Part shown: positions 1 through 8,109 of the stretch, piece after piece
How the letters are laid out: each line of letters begins with the position of its first letter
How positions within the stretch are numbered: position 1 is the stretch's first letter
Source of the DNA: a bacterium SCSIO 12643
Lineage (GTDB): Bacteria > Bacteroidota > Bacteroidia > Flavobacteriales_G > Salibacteraceae
Length of the DNA: 64,000 nucleotides
Assembly: GCA_024398135.1 (NCBI GenBank)
Contig: CP073750.1
Coordinates: forward strand, 4,022,471-4,086,470
Direction of reading: 5' to 3'
Notes under the pieces: model-generated
Database searches by the model: none
Seen by the model: the letters and a program-made list of their open reading frames with translations, nothing else
What the model was told of the DNA's origin: nothing
Position numbers and translations under genes: made by a program

Positions 1-416
1 AACTTAAAAACGATTACAATGTATGTGTGATGGCTTTAAACTCTCAAGTGGCCCGTAGATTTGATGTATATCATTTCTGGGGAATGCCATTGAACAACTT
101 TGCAGCTATGGTAGACCAGGCTGATTTGGTAATCAGTGCAGATTCCGGTGGCGCGCATTTGGCTGCTACCCTAAAAACCCCGGTTATTGCACTTCAAGGC
201 CCTACCATCGGTCATGTGGTATTTGGACACGATGAATATGCCCACCCTATGCATGTTTCAAAAGAACAGGTTCCATGCGTGGCATGTAATTTCTCAGAAT
301 CTCATGGTTACACTCCAATCTGCAATGATGGCTGCCAGGCCTTATACTTGCTAAGCCCTCTGGAAGTGATGAATAAAGTAAAGGAATTGGTACCGAAGGG
401 TGTGGAGGTAAGTTAG
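1..416 (+). CDS. Glycosyltransferase family 9 (LPS heptosyltransferase-like), C-terminal fragment; gene begins upstream of the window
   Basis: Motif 'ADLVISADSGGAHLAATLKTPVIALQGPT' matches the conserved GT9 C-terminal 'DSGPMHLAAALGTPVVALFGPT' region; ORF is open to the window edge. Confidence 0.6.
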   Translation, partial: LKNDYNVCVMALNSQVARRFDVYHFWGMPLNNFAAMVDQADLVISADSGGAHLAATLKTPVIALQGPTIGHVVFGHDEYAHPMHVSKEQVPCVACNFSESHGYTPICNDGCQALYLLSPLEVMNKVKELVPKGVEVS

Positions 417-487
417 TTGCCTTTAGGCGTACTCTTCGGCTTACTTCTACAAGCTCAGCACAAGACGCTCAGTGTCCGCTATAACGA

Positions 488-958
488 TTAGACATACAAC
501 TCCATTCGAATATTGCAGCGTTCATACGGTGTATCTTCCGGAACCGGGATTTCTTTAAAACCCACTTTATGGTATAACGTGATAGCTGGGGTCAAAACCG
601 TATTAGAATCTAAGAATAGCTTCTCCCATCCACTTTGTCCGGCAAAATGAATGCAGTTATACATCAGCTTTTGACCAATTCTTAACCCCTGATACCTTTC
701 GGTTACCGCCATTTTAGATAATTCATAAACGCCTTCTCCTCTTTGAATCAGAGCCACAGTTCCTACAACTTCTTCTCCCAATAACGCAAAGAATATATAC
801 CCTCCGGCATCCAAAATATATTTCTGAGGTTGTGTCAATACCTCTCTATCATAATCCTCTATATAAAAATACTTCTCTAACCACTCGAAGTTGAGTTGTG
901 TAAAATCATGGGTATATCTCGCATCAAATGGTACGATGCGCACTTTTGATTGATTCAT
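488..958 (-). CDS. GNAT family N-acetyltransferase
   Basis: 156 aa; acetyl-CoA-binding-like core 'ERYQGLRIGQKLM' (R/Q-x-x-G-x-G/A); 6-nt gap to the upstream MarR gene on the same strand. Confidence 0.75.
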   Translation of the reverse strand: MNQSKVRIVPFDARYTHDFTQLNFEWLEKYFYIEDYDREVLTQPQKYILDAGGYIFFALLGEEVVGTVALIQRGEGVYELSKMAVTERYQGLRIGQKLMYNCIHFAGQSGWEKLFLDSNTVLTPAITLYHKVGFKEIPVPEDTPYERCNIRMELYV

Positions 959-963
959 AAAAC

Positions 964-1443
964 TTATGATTTTAATTCTTTTAATGTTCGTTGTTTAAAA
1001 TTGCTTTGGGCAAATCGATTTTCCATTTCAGTGATAAATAGCAACGGATCCAGGCCTTGTAAAGCCTTTTCGATCCCTAACTCACCTGCATCCCAGATCT
1101 TTTCGTATTTGGGCAGCATTTTCTCTGCACGGTCCGATAAATCCAATAATCTCTTACGAGAGTCTTCCGGGTCTTTTTCAGAAACCAGATATCCCGCATT
1201 GAGCATTTTATTCGTTATCGTAATCACCGAAGGATGTGCCATCATTACACACTCTGCAATCTGCGTCACGGTCATAGCCCCTCGTGATTGCAGGAGTTTA
1301 AATACGACAAACCAGTTGGGTTCAATGTCCACATCCAATTCGCTATATAAGCGTCTCCCCTCGTGCATGAGTGTATCGCTGATGCGCTTAAGTCGCATCG
1401 TAAATCCCAGATACCCCAGCTCTTTCACAAAATCGTTTTCCAT
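964..1443 (-). CDS. MarR family transcriptional regulator
   Basis: 159 aa; winged-HTH region 'MTVTQIAECVMMAHPSVITITNKMLNAGYLVSEKDPEDSRKRLLDLSDRAE' is typical of MarR; probably in an operon with the GNAT gene. Confidence 0.8.
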   Translation of the reverse strand: MENDFVKELGYLGFTMRLKRISDTLMHEGRRLYSELDVDIEPNWFVVFKLLQSRGAMTVTQIAECVMMAHPSVITITNKMLNAGYLVSEKDPEDSRKRLLDLSDRAEKMLPKYEKIWDAGELGIEKALQGLDPLLFITEMENRFAQSNFKQRTLKELKS

Positions 1444-1447
1444 AATA

Positions 1448-1489
1448 CGTAGTTAACTACGCAAATATACAAAAACGTAGTCTACTACA
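1448..1489. promoter_or_regulatory. Candidate MarR operator: perfect 14-bp palindrome CGTAGTTAACTACG (1448-1461) plus imperfect palindrome GTAGTCTACTAC (1478-1489)
   Basis: Read directly; both boxes share the CGTAGT half-site and lie 5-45 bp upstream of the MarR start codon (minus strand). Confidence 0.4.
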
Positions 1490-1623
1490 TAATTAATTCC
1501 AGAAAACGCTCAGATTTTCCATCCATTGGAATTATCGACACACACTAAAAACATAACCCATTGATTTATAGTTCAAATTGATTTTGGTACGTGGATTGAA
1601 ATGCTCAGATCAAATAGATAACG

Positions 1624-1809
1624 ATGGATTCTACACAAGCACATCTGAAAGAAGAACTCCTCCGGGAAATATCAGATTCTAATATGTCCTTTCAGCGAAA
1701 AGTAAAGGTTTTAAAGTTAATGGATCAGGCATTTAGAAATCACCTGGGCGTGTTCTTCCTTTCGGATGACGAATTAGAAAATAATGATATGTTGATTCGC
1801 TCTATGTAA
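1624..1809 (+). CDS. Hypothetical small protein (61 aa), weak call
   Basis: ORF only; no recognisable motif. Confidence 0.15.
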   Translation: MDSTQAHLKEELLREISDSNMSFQRKVKVLKLMDQAFRNHLGVFFLSDDELENNDMLIRSM

Positions 1810-1875
1810 AGATTATTTTGTGTCGTGGAGAAACGGAGTGGTTGCTTCATCCCCAACCACTTCGTTTATATTCAC

Positions 1876-1911
1876 AAAAAAAGCTTCATCCCAGGTATTA
1901 GAATGAAGCTT
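1876..1911 (-). terminator. Rho-independent terminator-like hairpin on the minus strand (stem AAGCTTCAT/ATGAAGCTT, 13-nt loop, then U7 on the minus-strand RNA)
   Basis: Inverted repeat 1881-1889 / 1903-1911, with an A7 run at 1876-1882 on the plus strand (U-run for a minus-strand transcript). No annotated minus-strand gene ends here. Confidence 0.4.
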
Positions 1912-2140
1912 CTCAGATATAGTAAAGTAGGCGATGATTAGCTTGTGTATGAACGGATAGTTACTTTACACAACAAGTTTACTAAGCTCCTCTTAACTCC
2001 CCTAGCGTAAAAACACCTGCTTTCAATATGCGTGGTTTTTACCTGAAAAAAACTTCCAAATTCACACAATAAATTAATTTGACTTTGTCTGACAATACGT
2101 TTTATTCATTGAGCGTTACCTTTCCTTAAAACATAAACTC

Positions 2141-2335
2141 ATGAATAAAGTCCTCTATTTCACCCTCATGGCGTGGAGCCTAATGCTATACTCCTGCACA
2201 AAAACAGATCAAAAAAGATGTACGGTTAAAGATGCCTCCGGGCAATCGCTTTACGAAGTCACCGGACAACAAAATTGTCAGGATCAAATCGATACTTCAG
2301 TTGGAGAGTATTGTGATTGTGATACGCAAAACTAA
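2141..2335 (+). CDS. Small secreted/lipoprotein-like protein (64 aa)
   Basis: N-terminal signal peptide 'MNKVLYFTLMAWSLMLYSC'; Cys-rich; followed by a strong terminator. Confidence 0.45.
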   Translation: MNKVLYFTLMAWSLMLYSCTKTDQKRCTVKDASGQSLYEVTGQQNCQDQIDTSVGEYCDCDTQN

Positions 2336-2348
2336 GGCACCATCCATG

Positions 2349-2392
2349 TCAAAGCTCGCATTGTTTCAATGCGAGCTTTTTTATTACTTTTT
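2349..2392 (+). terminator. Rho-independent terminator (12-bp stem AAGCTCGCATTG / CAATGCGAGCTT, then a T-run)
   Basis: Read directly from 'aagctcgcattgtttcaatgcgagcttttttattactttttttac'. Confidence 0.75.
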
Positions 2393-2396
2393 TTAC

Positions 2397-3866
2397 TTAC
2401 AAAACGGAAATCATTCCGGTTTCTAAATTCAGCAAATATGTATTCCCATTGCTAAAACTAATTTGCGCCTCTTTATCATTAATAAATACCACCATTCCAC
2501 TGTAACTCTCAGAAATATCCGAATCTACTTTAATATCAAAACCGGATTGCCCTCCAGTTATATAATAAGTGGATTTGTCAATTTGTAAATCACTAAATTG
2601 CATCTGGTAAGACACTTTTAATGTTTGGCCAGAGCTTTTAGAAAATCGCTCACCGGTATATGAATAAGCACCGCTGTAATACTCAATCGTTAATGAATCT
2701 TCCATTCCGGTCACCGTAAAAAACGCATCTACATCCTGATACGAACTAAAATAGACCGCATCTATTGTTTGGCTGGCTTTCACTTGATAATGTACCATTT
2801 CATAGTCCCCACAAATCTTGGCATAATCTTCATCATAGGTATATTCGGAAGTGACATGTCCATAAATCGAAGTATAATGCGCAGTTCCAGAGTCACTCCA
2901 TTGTTCATTACAATTTACACCTGAATCAATTTCGTGACTCACCGCATATACACTAGAAGCCATTCCATAAGTATTATAAGCCAATGATGTTGCCACAATT
3001 TCTGCGGCTTCAGCTTCAGAGATTCCTGTTGGCTCTGGTTCCGGTTGACTACACGCACCTACTCCTATTCCTACAAATACCAGGATCCAAATACTTAAAT
3101 GAGAAGTTCTCTTTCCCAACTGTTTGATATAATCCAGGAGTGGCTTAAAAATGATCATAAACGGATTGTGTCCGATAAACCCTGTCGTCACCCCATACTT
3201 TACCTGCTCTACCTCTGGTATATAGGTTCCAAAAACACGGTCCCAGATAATCAACATCCCTCCGTAATTTTTATCCAAATACTCCGGGTTCGATCCATGA
3301 TGCACTCTATGAGCTGAGGGTGTATTGAAGAATATTCCTTCCAGAATACCCAATTTACCAATGGTCTCGGTATGTAGTAAAAACTGATAGATTAAACTTA
3401 TCGCCAGACTTCCTACAATAAACTGAGGTGAAAAACCCAGTAAAACCAAAGGAATGTAAAACAACACACTGGTAAACTTTCCCAACCAGTTCAGTCGACC
3501 TGCTGCAGATAAGTTAAACCACATACTAGAATGGTGTGTATGATGTATAGCCCATAATACAGGTATTTCATGACTCAGTCTATGATACCAGTAGTATACC
3601 AATTCCACAATCAGGAATGTGATCAAAAATGTATATCCGGTTTTAGGAATGGTAAAGATTTTATAGGGTTCCACCCATTGAAATAAAAACATTCCCCAGG
3701 CTAATGAAACTGGTTTTAAGAGACGACCCACCACGATGATGAAGAAATTGGAAAGTGTGTCTTTTAGGTTGTAATTCTTTTTATGTTTAAACCACGACCA
3801 GATCACTTCCAATAGAATAAGTAAAATGAATATCAGTGATAATACTTTGGCATATTTCGCTTCCAT
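2397..3866 (-). CDS. Fatty-acid hydroxylase / sterol desaturase superfamily membrane protein fused in frame to a C-terminal lipoprotein-like domain (~240 aa)
   Basis: His boxes 'HRLSH', 'HHTHH', 'HRVHHG'; N-terminal ~245 aa align with the paralog at 53531-54508. Where the paralog stops, this ORF continues through 'KRTSHLSIWILVFVGIGVGACSQ' (signal-peptide/lipobox-like) into a Ser/Tyr-rich domain of unknown function. Confidence 0.7.
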   Translation of the reverse strand: MEAKYAKVLSLIFILLILLEVIWSWFKHKKNYNLKDTLSNFFIIVVGRLLKPVSLAWGMFLFQWVEPYKIFTIPKTGYTFLITFLIVELVYYWYHRLSHEIPVLWAIHHTHHSSMWFNLSAAGRLNWLGKFTSVLFYIPLVLLGFSPQFIVGSLAISLIYQFLLHTETIGKLGILEGIFFNTPSAHRVHHGSNPEYLDKNYGGMLIIWDRVFGTYIPEVEQVKYGVTTGFIGHNPFMIIFKPLLDYIKQLGKRTSHLSIWILVFVGIGVGACSQPEPEPTGISEAEAAEIVATSLAYNTYGMASSVYAVSHEIDSGVNCNEQWSDSGTAHYTSIYGHVTSEYTYDEDYAKICGDYEMVHYQVKASQTIDAVYFSSYQDVDAFFTVTGMEDSLTIEYYSGAYSYTGERFSKSSGQTLKVSYQMQFSDLQIDKSTYYITGGQSGFDIKVDSDISESYSGMVVFINDKEAQISFSNGNTYLLNLETGMISVL

Positions 3867-3937
3867 AATTGTATAATTAATTGTTTGATGGAACGAAATT
3901 ACCTTGCTATAAAGGGCTAAACGGGGATTTTGAAGTG

Positions 3938-3966
3938 AACTGACCGAATCGATAGATTAACTGACC
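3938..3966. promoter_or_regulatory. Direct repeat AACTGACC x2 with 21-bp start-to-start spacing (candidate LytTR-type operator)
   Basis: Copies at 3938-3945 and 3959-3966, between the LytTR regulator gene (3978-4742) and the start of the desaturase-fusion gene (3866). Confidence 0.35.
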
Positions 3967-3977
3967 AGAACCGGTAA

Positions 3978-4742
3978 TTAACTCATTTCATTCATCCAGC
4001 GCTTTAATTCTCTGGACTTTGCCTTACTCATGATAATACGTTCTTCCAGTTCGGGTTTTACATTCAATATGAGCTTCCCCTGGAAATACACTTGCATATT
4101 TTCAATGGCAGATCGCTGTACAATAAGCTGTCTTGTAGCTCTAAAAAACTCACTGGGGTTCACCTCTGCTTCTATTTCATCCAGTTTCTTGTCCAGAATA
4201 TATCCTTTTTGATCAAACGTATATGCTTTTACGATACTGGCTTCCAGCAAAAAGTAAGCGACATCATTGACATTTAGAGGTATCAATTTATCACGTTGTT
4301 GCACCAAATACGTTTTTTTAAACACACGTTTCGAAGGCATTAAGTCCAGAATCATATCACGTAACTTTTGTGAAGCATCTTCCTGGTTGCGTATATCTTC
4401 ATACTTATCTAACGCTTGCGCAACAGATTCTACATCCAATGGCTTCAGTAAATAATCTATGCTATGCACCTTAAATGCCTGAATCGCATATTGATCATAC
4501 GCTGTAGTAAATATGATGGGAATTTTAACCTCTACCTGCTCGAAGATTTCAAATGAAATTCCATCGGCTAAATGAATATCCATAAAAACCAATTCACACT
4601 GAGGATCAGATCGAAAATAATCCACTGCATCTTTCACATTATCAATCACATCTTCTACCTCCATATCTACCGACTGCTTACCCAATAAATACTTTAAGTT
4701 ATCATATGCAGATAACTCATCTTCAATTATTAACACCTTCAT
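3978..4742 (-). CDS. LytTR-family response regulator (REC + LytTR DNA-binding domain)
   Basis: 'MKVLIIEDE...FMDIHLADG...TTAYDQYA...YLLKP' receiver domain; C-terminal LytTR-like region; 4-bp overlap with the upstream kinase. Confidence 0.9.
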   Translation of the reverse strand: MKVLIIEDELSAYDNLKYLLGKQSVDMEVEDVIDNVKDAVDYFRSDPQCELVFMDIHLADGISFEIFEQVEVKIPIIFTTAYDQYAIQAFKVHSIDYLLKPLDVESVAQALDKYEDIRNQEDASQKLRDMILDLMPSKRVFKKTYLVQQRDKLIPLNVNDVAYFLLEASIVKAYTFDQKGYILDKKLDEIEAEVNPSEFFRATRQLIVQRSAIENMQVYFQGKLILNVKPELEERIIMSKAKSRELKRWMNEMS

Positions 4743-5728
4743 ATTATTGGTAGTTTTACAATAAAATTATGTGCATCATTCACGATTTCTATTTCCGTAT
4801 TTTTCAATAACTGATAACGCAAATTTAAATTAGATAAGCCCTTCTCCATACTTTCGACATACCCTGTTCTTAATTGGATTTTATTCTGTACGATTAAGAA
4901 ATTTCCATCATAACGAATTTCAATTTTAAGTGGGTGTCTTTTAGATATTTCATTATGCTTCACTGCGTTTTCAACGAGTAACTGTAGCGCCAATGACGGG
5001 ATTTTTATAGTTCCCAAATCTTCGGGAATCTCCATTAACACCTCAAAATTCTCCTGATAGCGCTGTTGCATCAGATAAATATAGCTTTTTAAAAACTTCA
5101 TCTCTTCCTGTAAAGACACCAGATCCTCATCCGCACTATGTAGAATATAACGATATAGAAATGACAGTTTTTGTATAAACTTCTCCGCGGACCCCTGATC
5201 TTTCCGAACCAATAAACTCAATGAATTCAAAGAATTAAACAAAAAATGTGGATTCATTTGATTCTTTAACGCGGTCAGCTCATTTTGCAATCCTTGTTGT
5301 TTTAACCGCTCCTTTTCTATTGCATCCTTTTTAGATTGATGATTTAAATGGATCGTATAACTTACTACAAGAAGCATAATCAAAATGAGTAAATACACAA
5401 AGGCATCAAAACGTGGACTGATCACGGTATGAAACTCTATAAAATGATCTACCACTCTATAAATCAACCTCCAGACAATAAAAACGCCAAAGCTTAAAAA
5501 TACTTTGGTTAAGATGTTTTTATTTGACCACAAGGAGGTATTGAGCCATAAAATCAGATAACTGAACAGAAATACGGAGATACATCTAAAAATAACGTCA
5601 GCCCAGGACATCTCTAACATTCCAAAATCCTGAATGGGATTATTCAGAATAAATACAATCCGCGGCATGTTAATCAAGATTGAAAAACATAACGCAATGA
5701 ACAGAAGCAACTTATTTTTTATCATCAT
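4739..5728 (-). CDS. LytS/YehU-type membrane sensor histidine kinase (His_kinase domain)
   Basis: Multiple N-terminal TM helices; signature 'NPHFLFNSLNSLS'; 3'-overlap with the regulator gene. Confidence 0.85.
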   Translation of the reverse strand: MMIKNKLLLFIALCFSILINMPRIVFILNNPIQDFGMLEMSWADVIFRCISVFLFSYLILWLNTSLWSNKNILTKVFLSFGVFIVWRLIYRVVDHFIEFHTVISPRFDAFVYLLILIMLLVVSYTIHLNHQSKKDAIEKERLKQQGLQNELTALKNQMNPHFLFNSLNSLSLLVRKDQGSAEKFIQKLSFLYRYILHSADEDLVSLQEEMKFLKSYIYLMQQRYQENFEVLMEIPEDLGTIKIPSLALQLLVENAVKHNEISKRHPLKIEIRYDGNFLIVQNKIQLRTGYVESMEKGLSNLNLRYQLLKNTEIEIVNDAHNFIVKLPII

Positions 5729-5730
5729 AC

Positions 5731-5755
5731 AAAAAAGGCTCGGAAACCGAGCCTT
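5731..5755 (-). terminator. Rho-independent terminator for the minus-strand gene 5776-6156 (stem AGGCTCGG/CCGAGCCT then a U-run)
   Basis: 'aaaaaaggctcggaaaccgagcctt'; A6 on the plus strand gives U6 after the hairpin on the minus-strand RNA. Confidence 0.7.
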
Positions 5756-5775
5756 AAAGTTAATATTATACTACG

Positions 5776-6156
5776 TTAATTTCGCTGTGCTTTCGCGCGT
5801 GACTTAAATTCTTCACGCATTTCAGCCTGTGCTTCTTTGTACACTTTATACTGATCCTTAGTTAGTAAAGCTTTCATTTCTTTGTCTTTATTGCCTTGAA
5901 TAGTTTTCAGTGTTTTATATTTCTCATATCTGGATTTAGATGTATCATCTCGCAAAACCTTCATCTGTTTTGCATATTTAATCGTAATTTCTTCGAATTT
6001 AGGCTTTTGGTCTTCATTTAAATCCAGCTTCTGAAAATATTGCTCAATTCTCGCTTTCGTTTCATCACTAACTTCTCTTTGTGTTTCCTGTGCACATGCT
6101 GTTGTTCCCAGCATTAGCGTAAATAATACGCCCAACATCAATTTTAATGTATTCAT
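5776..6156 (-). CDS. Periplasmic Lys/Glu-rich protein with LTXXQ-like motifs (Spy/CpxP-like fold suspected)
   Basis: Start chosen at the internal Met 'MNTLKLMLGVLFTLMLGTTACAQE' (signal peptide); repeated 'L(N/T)xDQ' motifs ('LNEDQKPKF', 'LTKDQYKVY'). Confidence 0.5.
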   Translation of the reverse strand: MNTLKLMLGVLFTLMLGTTACAQETQREVSDETKARIEQYFQKLDLNEDQKPKFEEITIKYAKQMKVLRDDTSKSRYEKYKTLKTIQGNKDKEMKALLTKDQYKVYKEAQAEMREEFKSRAKAQRN

Positions 6157-6274
6157 TTCAATGTATTTATGATTTGAACACAAAAGTATTTCGAGCACAC
6201 ACCGTGTACCGGCTATTAATCATTCAACTCGCCAAATCTCGATATGAACTAACCAAATCACAATATGAATTGAT

Positions 6275-6871
6275 TTACACGAATACACGCACTCCACCAG
6301 AGTTTAATAATTCCTGAAACTCCGGTGGGCCTTGCGTAATGTTATTTTTAAAATTGTTTAATTCATCTATGGTTTTATCTGACATTAAATCAATCATTTG
6401 ATCAATAACCTCTCCTGAAATCATATATGGGAAATCATGATACATAAAATGTTGGCCATCGCATTGACCATAGATTTGGAACTCTCCACCTTCTACCGGT
6501 TTGTTTCCGGTTACAATACAGTTTTCCAGCCACTTTTCTACTTCCAGGGTTTCTTTTAACTGCTTACGTCTTTCATCAAAGTCCGTATGCTTTGAAAAAT
6601 AAGCTTCAATATTGTTCCTTGATGAAACGGATAATTCCTCATGCATATCCTGTACACAGTCCATACACATCGCATATTCGAATATAGTGGTTCGCGAGTC
6701 AAACCCCACATAACTTTTAAATGCCTTTTCTATGAGGTATAACGTCCCTTCTTCCAATAAATAACGATCACACTTTATACAGTTAGTAAACAGCCCTCCT
6801 GTATCGTATGATCTAAATATGGGTGGAATGGATGTGACATGTAATGGTAGGATCCAGTCGTTTTCTTCCAT
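6275..6871 (-). CDS. Hypothetical protein (198 aa), Cys-containing, last gene of the rtcB-prfH transcription unit
   Basis: No recognisable motif; 14-bp gap to the upstream TPR gene. Confidence 0.4.
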   Translation of the reverse strand: MEENDWILPLHVTSIPPIFRSYDTGGLFTNCIKCDRYLLEEGTLYLIEKAFKSYVGFDSRTTIFEYAMCMDCVQDMHEELSVSSRNNIEAYFSKHTDFDERRKQLKETLEVEKWLENCIVTGNKPVEGGEFQIYGQCDGQHFMYHDFPYMISGEVIDQMIDLMSDKTIDELNNFKNNITQGPPEFQELLNSGGVRVFV

Positions 6872-6885
6872 GGTTAAAATCTTAT

Positions 6886-7395
6886 TTAATTAATCCAATT
6901 ATAAGGTTGTGAATTCGTTATTTTTCTACGAATTCTAGTTATATCATCTTCTATATCTTCAATTACCCCATTGTTAAAAGCATGATCTTTAGCTTGCTCT
7001 AATAAATCAAGAGCTCGTGTAAACAAACGTTGATGCTCATTTAAAAATGCTTCTAAACGCAACAATTCCAAAGGATTGCTTCCTCTGATATCGCGGGTGA
7101 ATTGAATCAAATTTTCAGCTTTTTCATACTCTCTAAAAGTAATCAATAGTTTCGCATAGGTGCAATTTACTTTATAGTTTGTTGGATTGATTGAAATAGC
7201 CATTTGGAAGTATTCTTCCGCTTTTGCGCTTTCATCCAAATACTCCATAAACAAGCGTCCCATCAAATACAACGCCCCTACATGTTCAGGATCGTAACTT
7301 AAAGCGTAGTTTAAGTTTTCAATCGATTCTTCTAAATTGTACGGATAATCGTCTATTGCTTTTAAATAGTATTGATCTGCCAATGTAATTGCCAT
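6886..7395 (-). CDS. Tetratricopeptide-repeat (TPR) protein
   Basis: 169 aa with repeated 'A..Y...G..Y...A..Y' TPR-like helices; 5-bp gap to prfH. Confidence 0.6.
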   Translation of the reverse strand: MAITLADQYYLKAIDDYPYNLEESIENLNYALSYDPEHVGALYLMGRLFMEYLDESAKAEEYFQMAISINPTNYKVNCTYAKLLITFREYEKAENLIQFTRDIRGSNPLELLRLEAFLNEHQRLFTRALDLLEQAKDHAFNNGVIEDIEDDITRIRRKITNSQPYNWIN

Positions 7396-7400
7396 GATTC

Positions 7401-8105
7401 TTAATCTTTAAAATTCAACTTTTTAAGCTCCAGTTTATGTTTTTGCCTTTTGGATTTATAACTCTTAGACTGATAGGTAGATTTAAAATCTGCTCCATTA
7501 AAAACACGTACCGGATTTCCTCTTTGTAGCTCATTGTGGTTTTGCCAGGTGGATTGAATCGTTGCTTTCTTGTCTTCCAATTCACGAATCTTAAGAAGTT
7601 GAATGAGCCTTTCTTTAGCCAACTTCTTATTTTGATGTTGTGATCTGCTCTCTGAAACTTTCACGAACACCCCTGTAGGTATGTGAGTGGCACGTATTGC
7701 GCTACTCACCTTATTGACATGTTGCCCTCCCGGACCACCTGATCGCATGGCTTCATATTTGATCTCACGATCTGAAATCGTAAAGGAAGTCGTGCTTAGA
7801 TCCAATTCATTTACTGCAATAAACCAGTTCTTACGTTTATGGTATTTTCGAAAGGTACTTTGTCCGATCCATTGTATTGTTCCTATCCAGTTTTTACCGA
7901 ATTCCCTGAGCGCGTCTTCCGCTCCGTCCACCTGAATGGCTACAGAATTCAACGTGGTATTCTCCACACCTTTCACCTGATGTAAAACACTATATGTAAA
8001 ACCATTAAAAGCTACTTCCTTAATAAACAGTTTAAGTACTTTAGCCACTACCCAGCTACATTCTGCAGGACCTCTTCCTGCTGTGATTTGAAATATCTTA
8101 TTCAT
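7401..8105 (-). CDS. prfH: Peptide chain release factor H-like protein (GGQ-domain) with an extended Lys-rich C-terminal tail
   Basis: 'MRSGGPGGQHVNKVSSAIRATHIPTG' GGQ motif; sits immediately downstream of rtcB (4-bp gap), the canonical rtcB-prfH arrangement; basic tail 'KSTYQSKSYKSKRQKHKLELKKLNFKD'. Confidence 0.8.
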   Translation of the reverse strand: MNKIFQITAGRGPAECSWVVAKVLKLFIKEVAFNGFTYSVLHQVKGVENTTLNSVAIQVDGAEDALREFGKNWIGTIQWIGQSTFRKYHKRKNWFIAVNELDLSTTSFTISDREIKYEAMRSGGPGGQHVNKVSSAIRATHIPTGVFVKVSESRSQHQNKKLAKERLIQLLKIRELEDKKATIQSTWQNHNELQRGNPVRVFNGADFKSTYQSKSYKSKRQKHKLELKKLNFKD

Positions 8106-8109
8106 TGTT

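Noticed and set aside
950-1456. 168-aa plus-strand ORF
   Set aside because: Completely antisense to the well-supported MarR gene (964-1443); low-complexity Ser-rich translation; treated as a shadow ORF.
2232-2426. 64-aa plus-strand ORF overlapping the small lipoprotein gene and the terminator
   Set aside because: It overlaps the more plausible secreted protein (2141-2335) in another frame and runs through a strong terminator hairpin; no features of a real protein.
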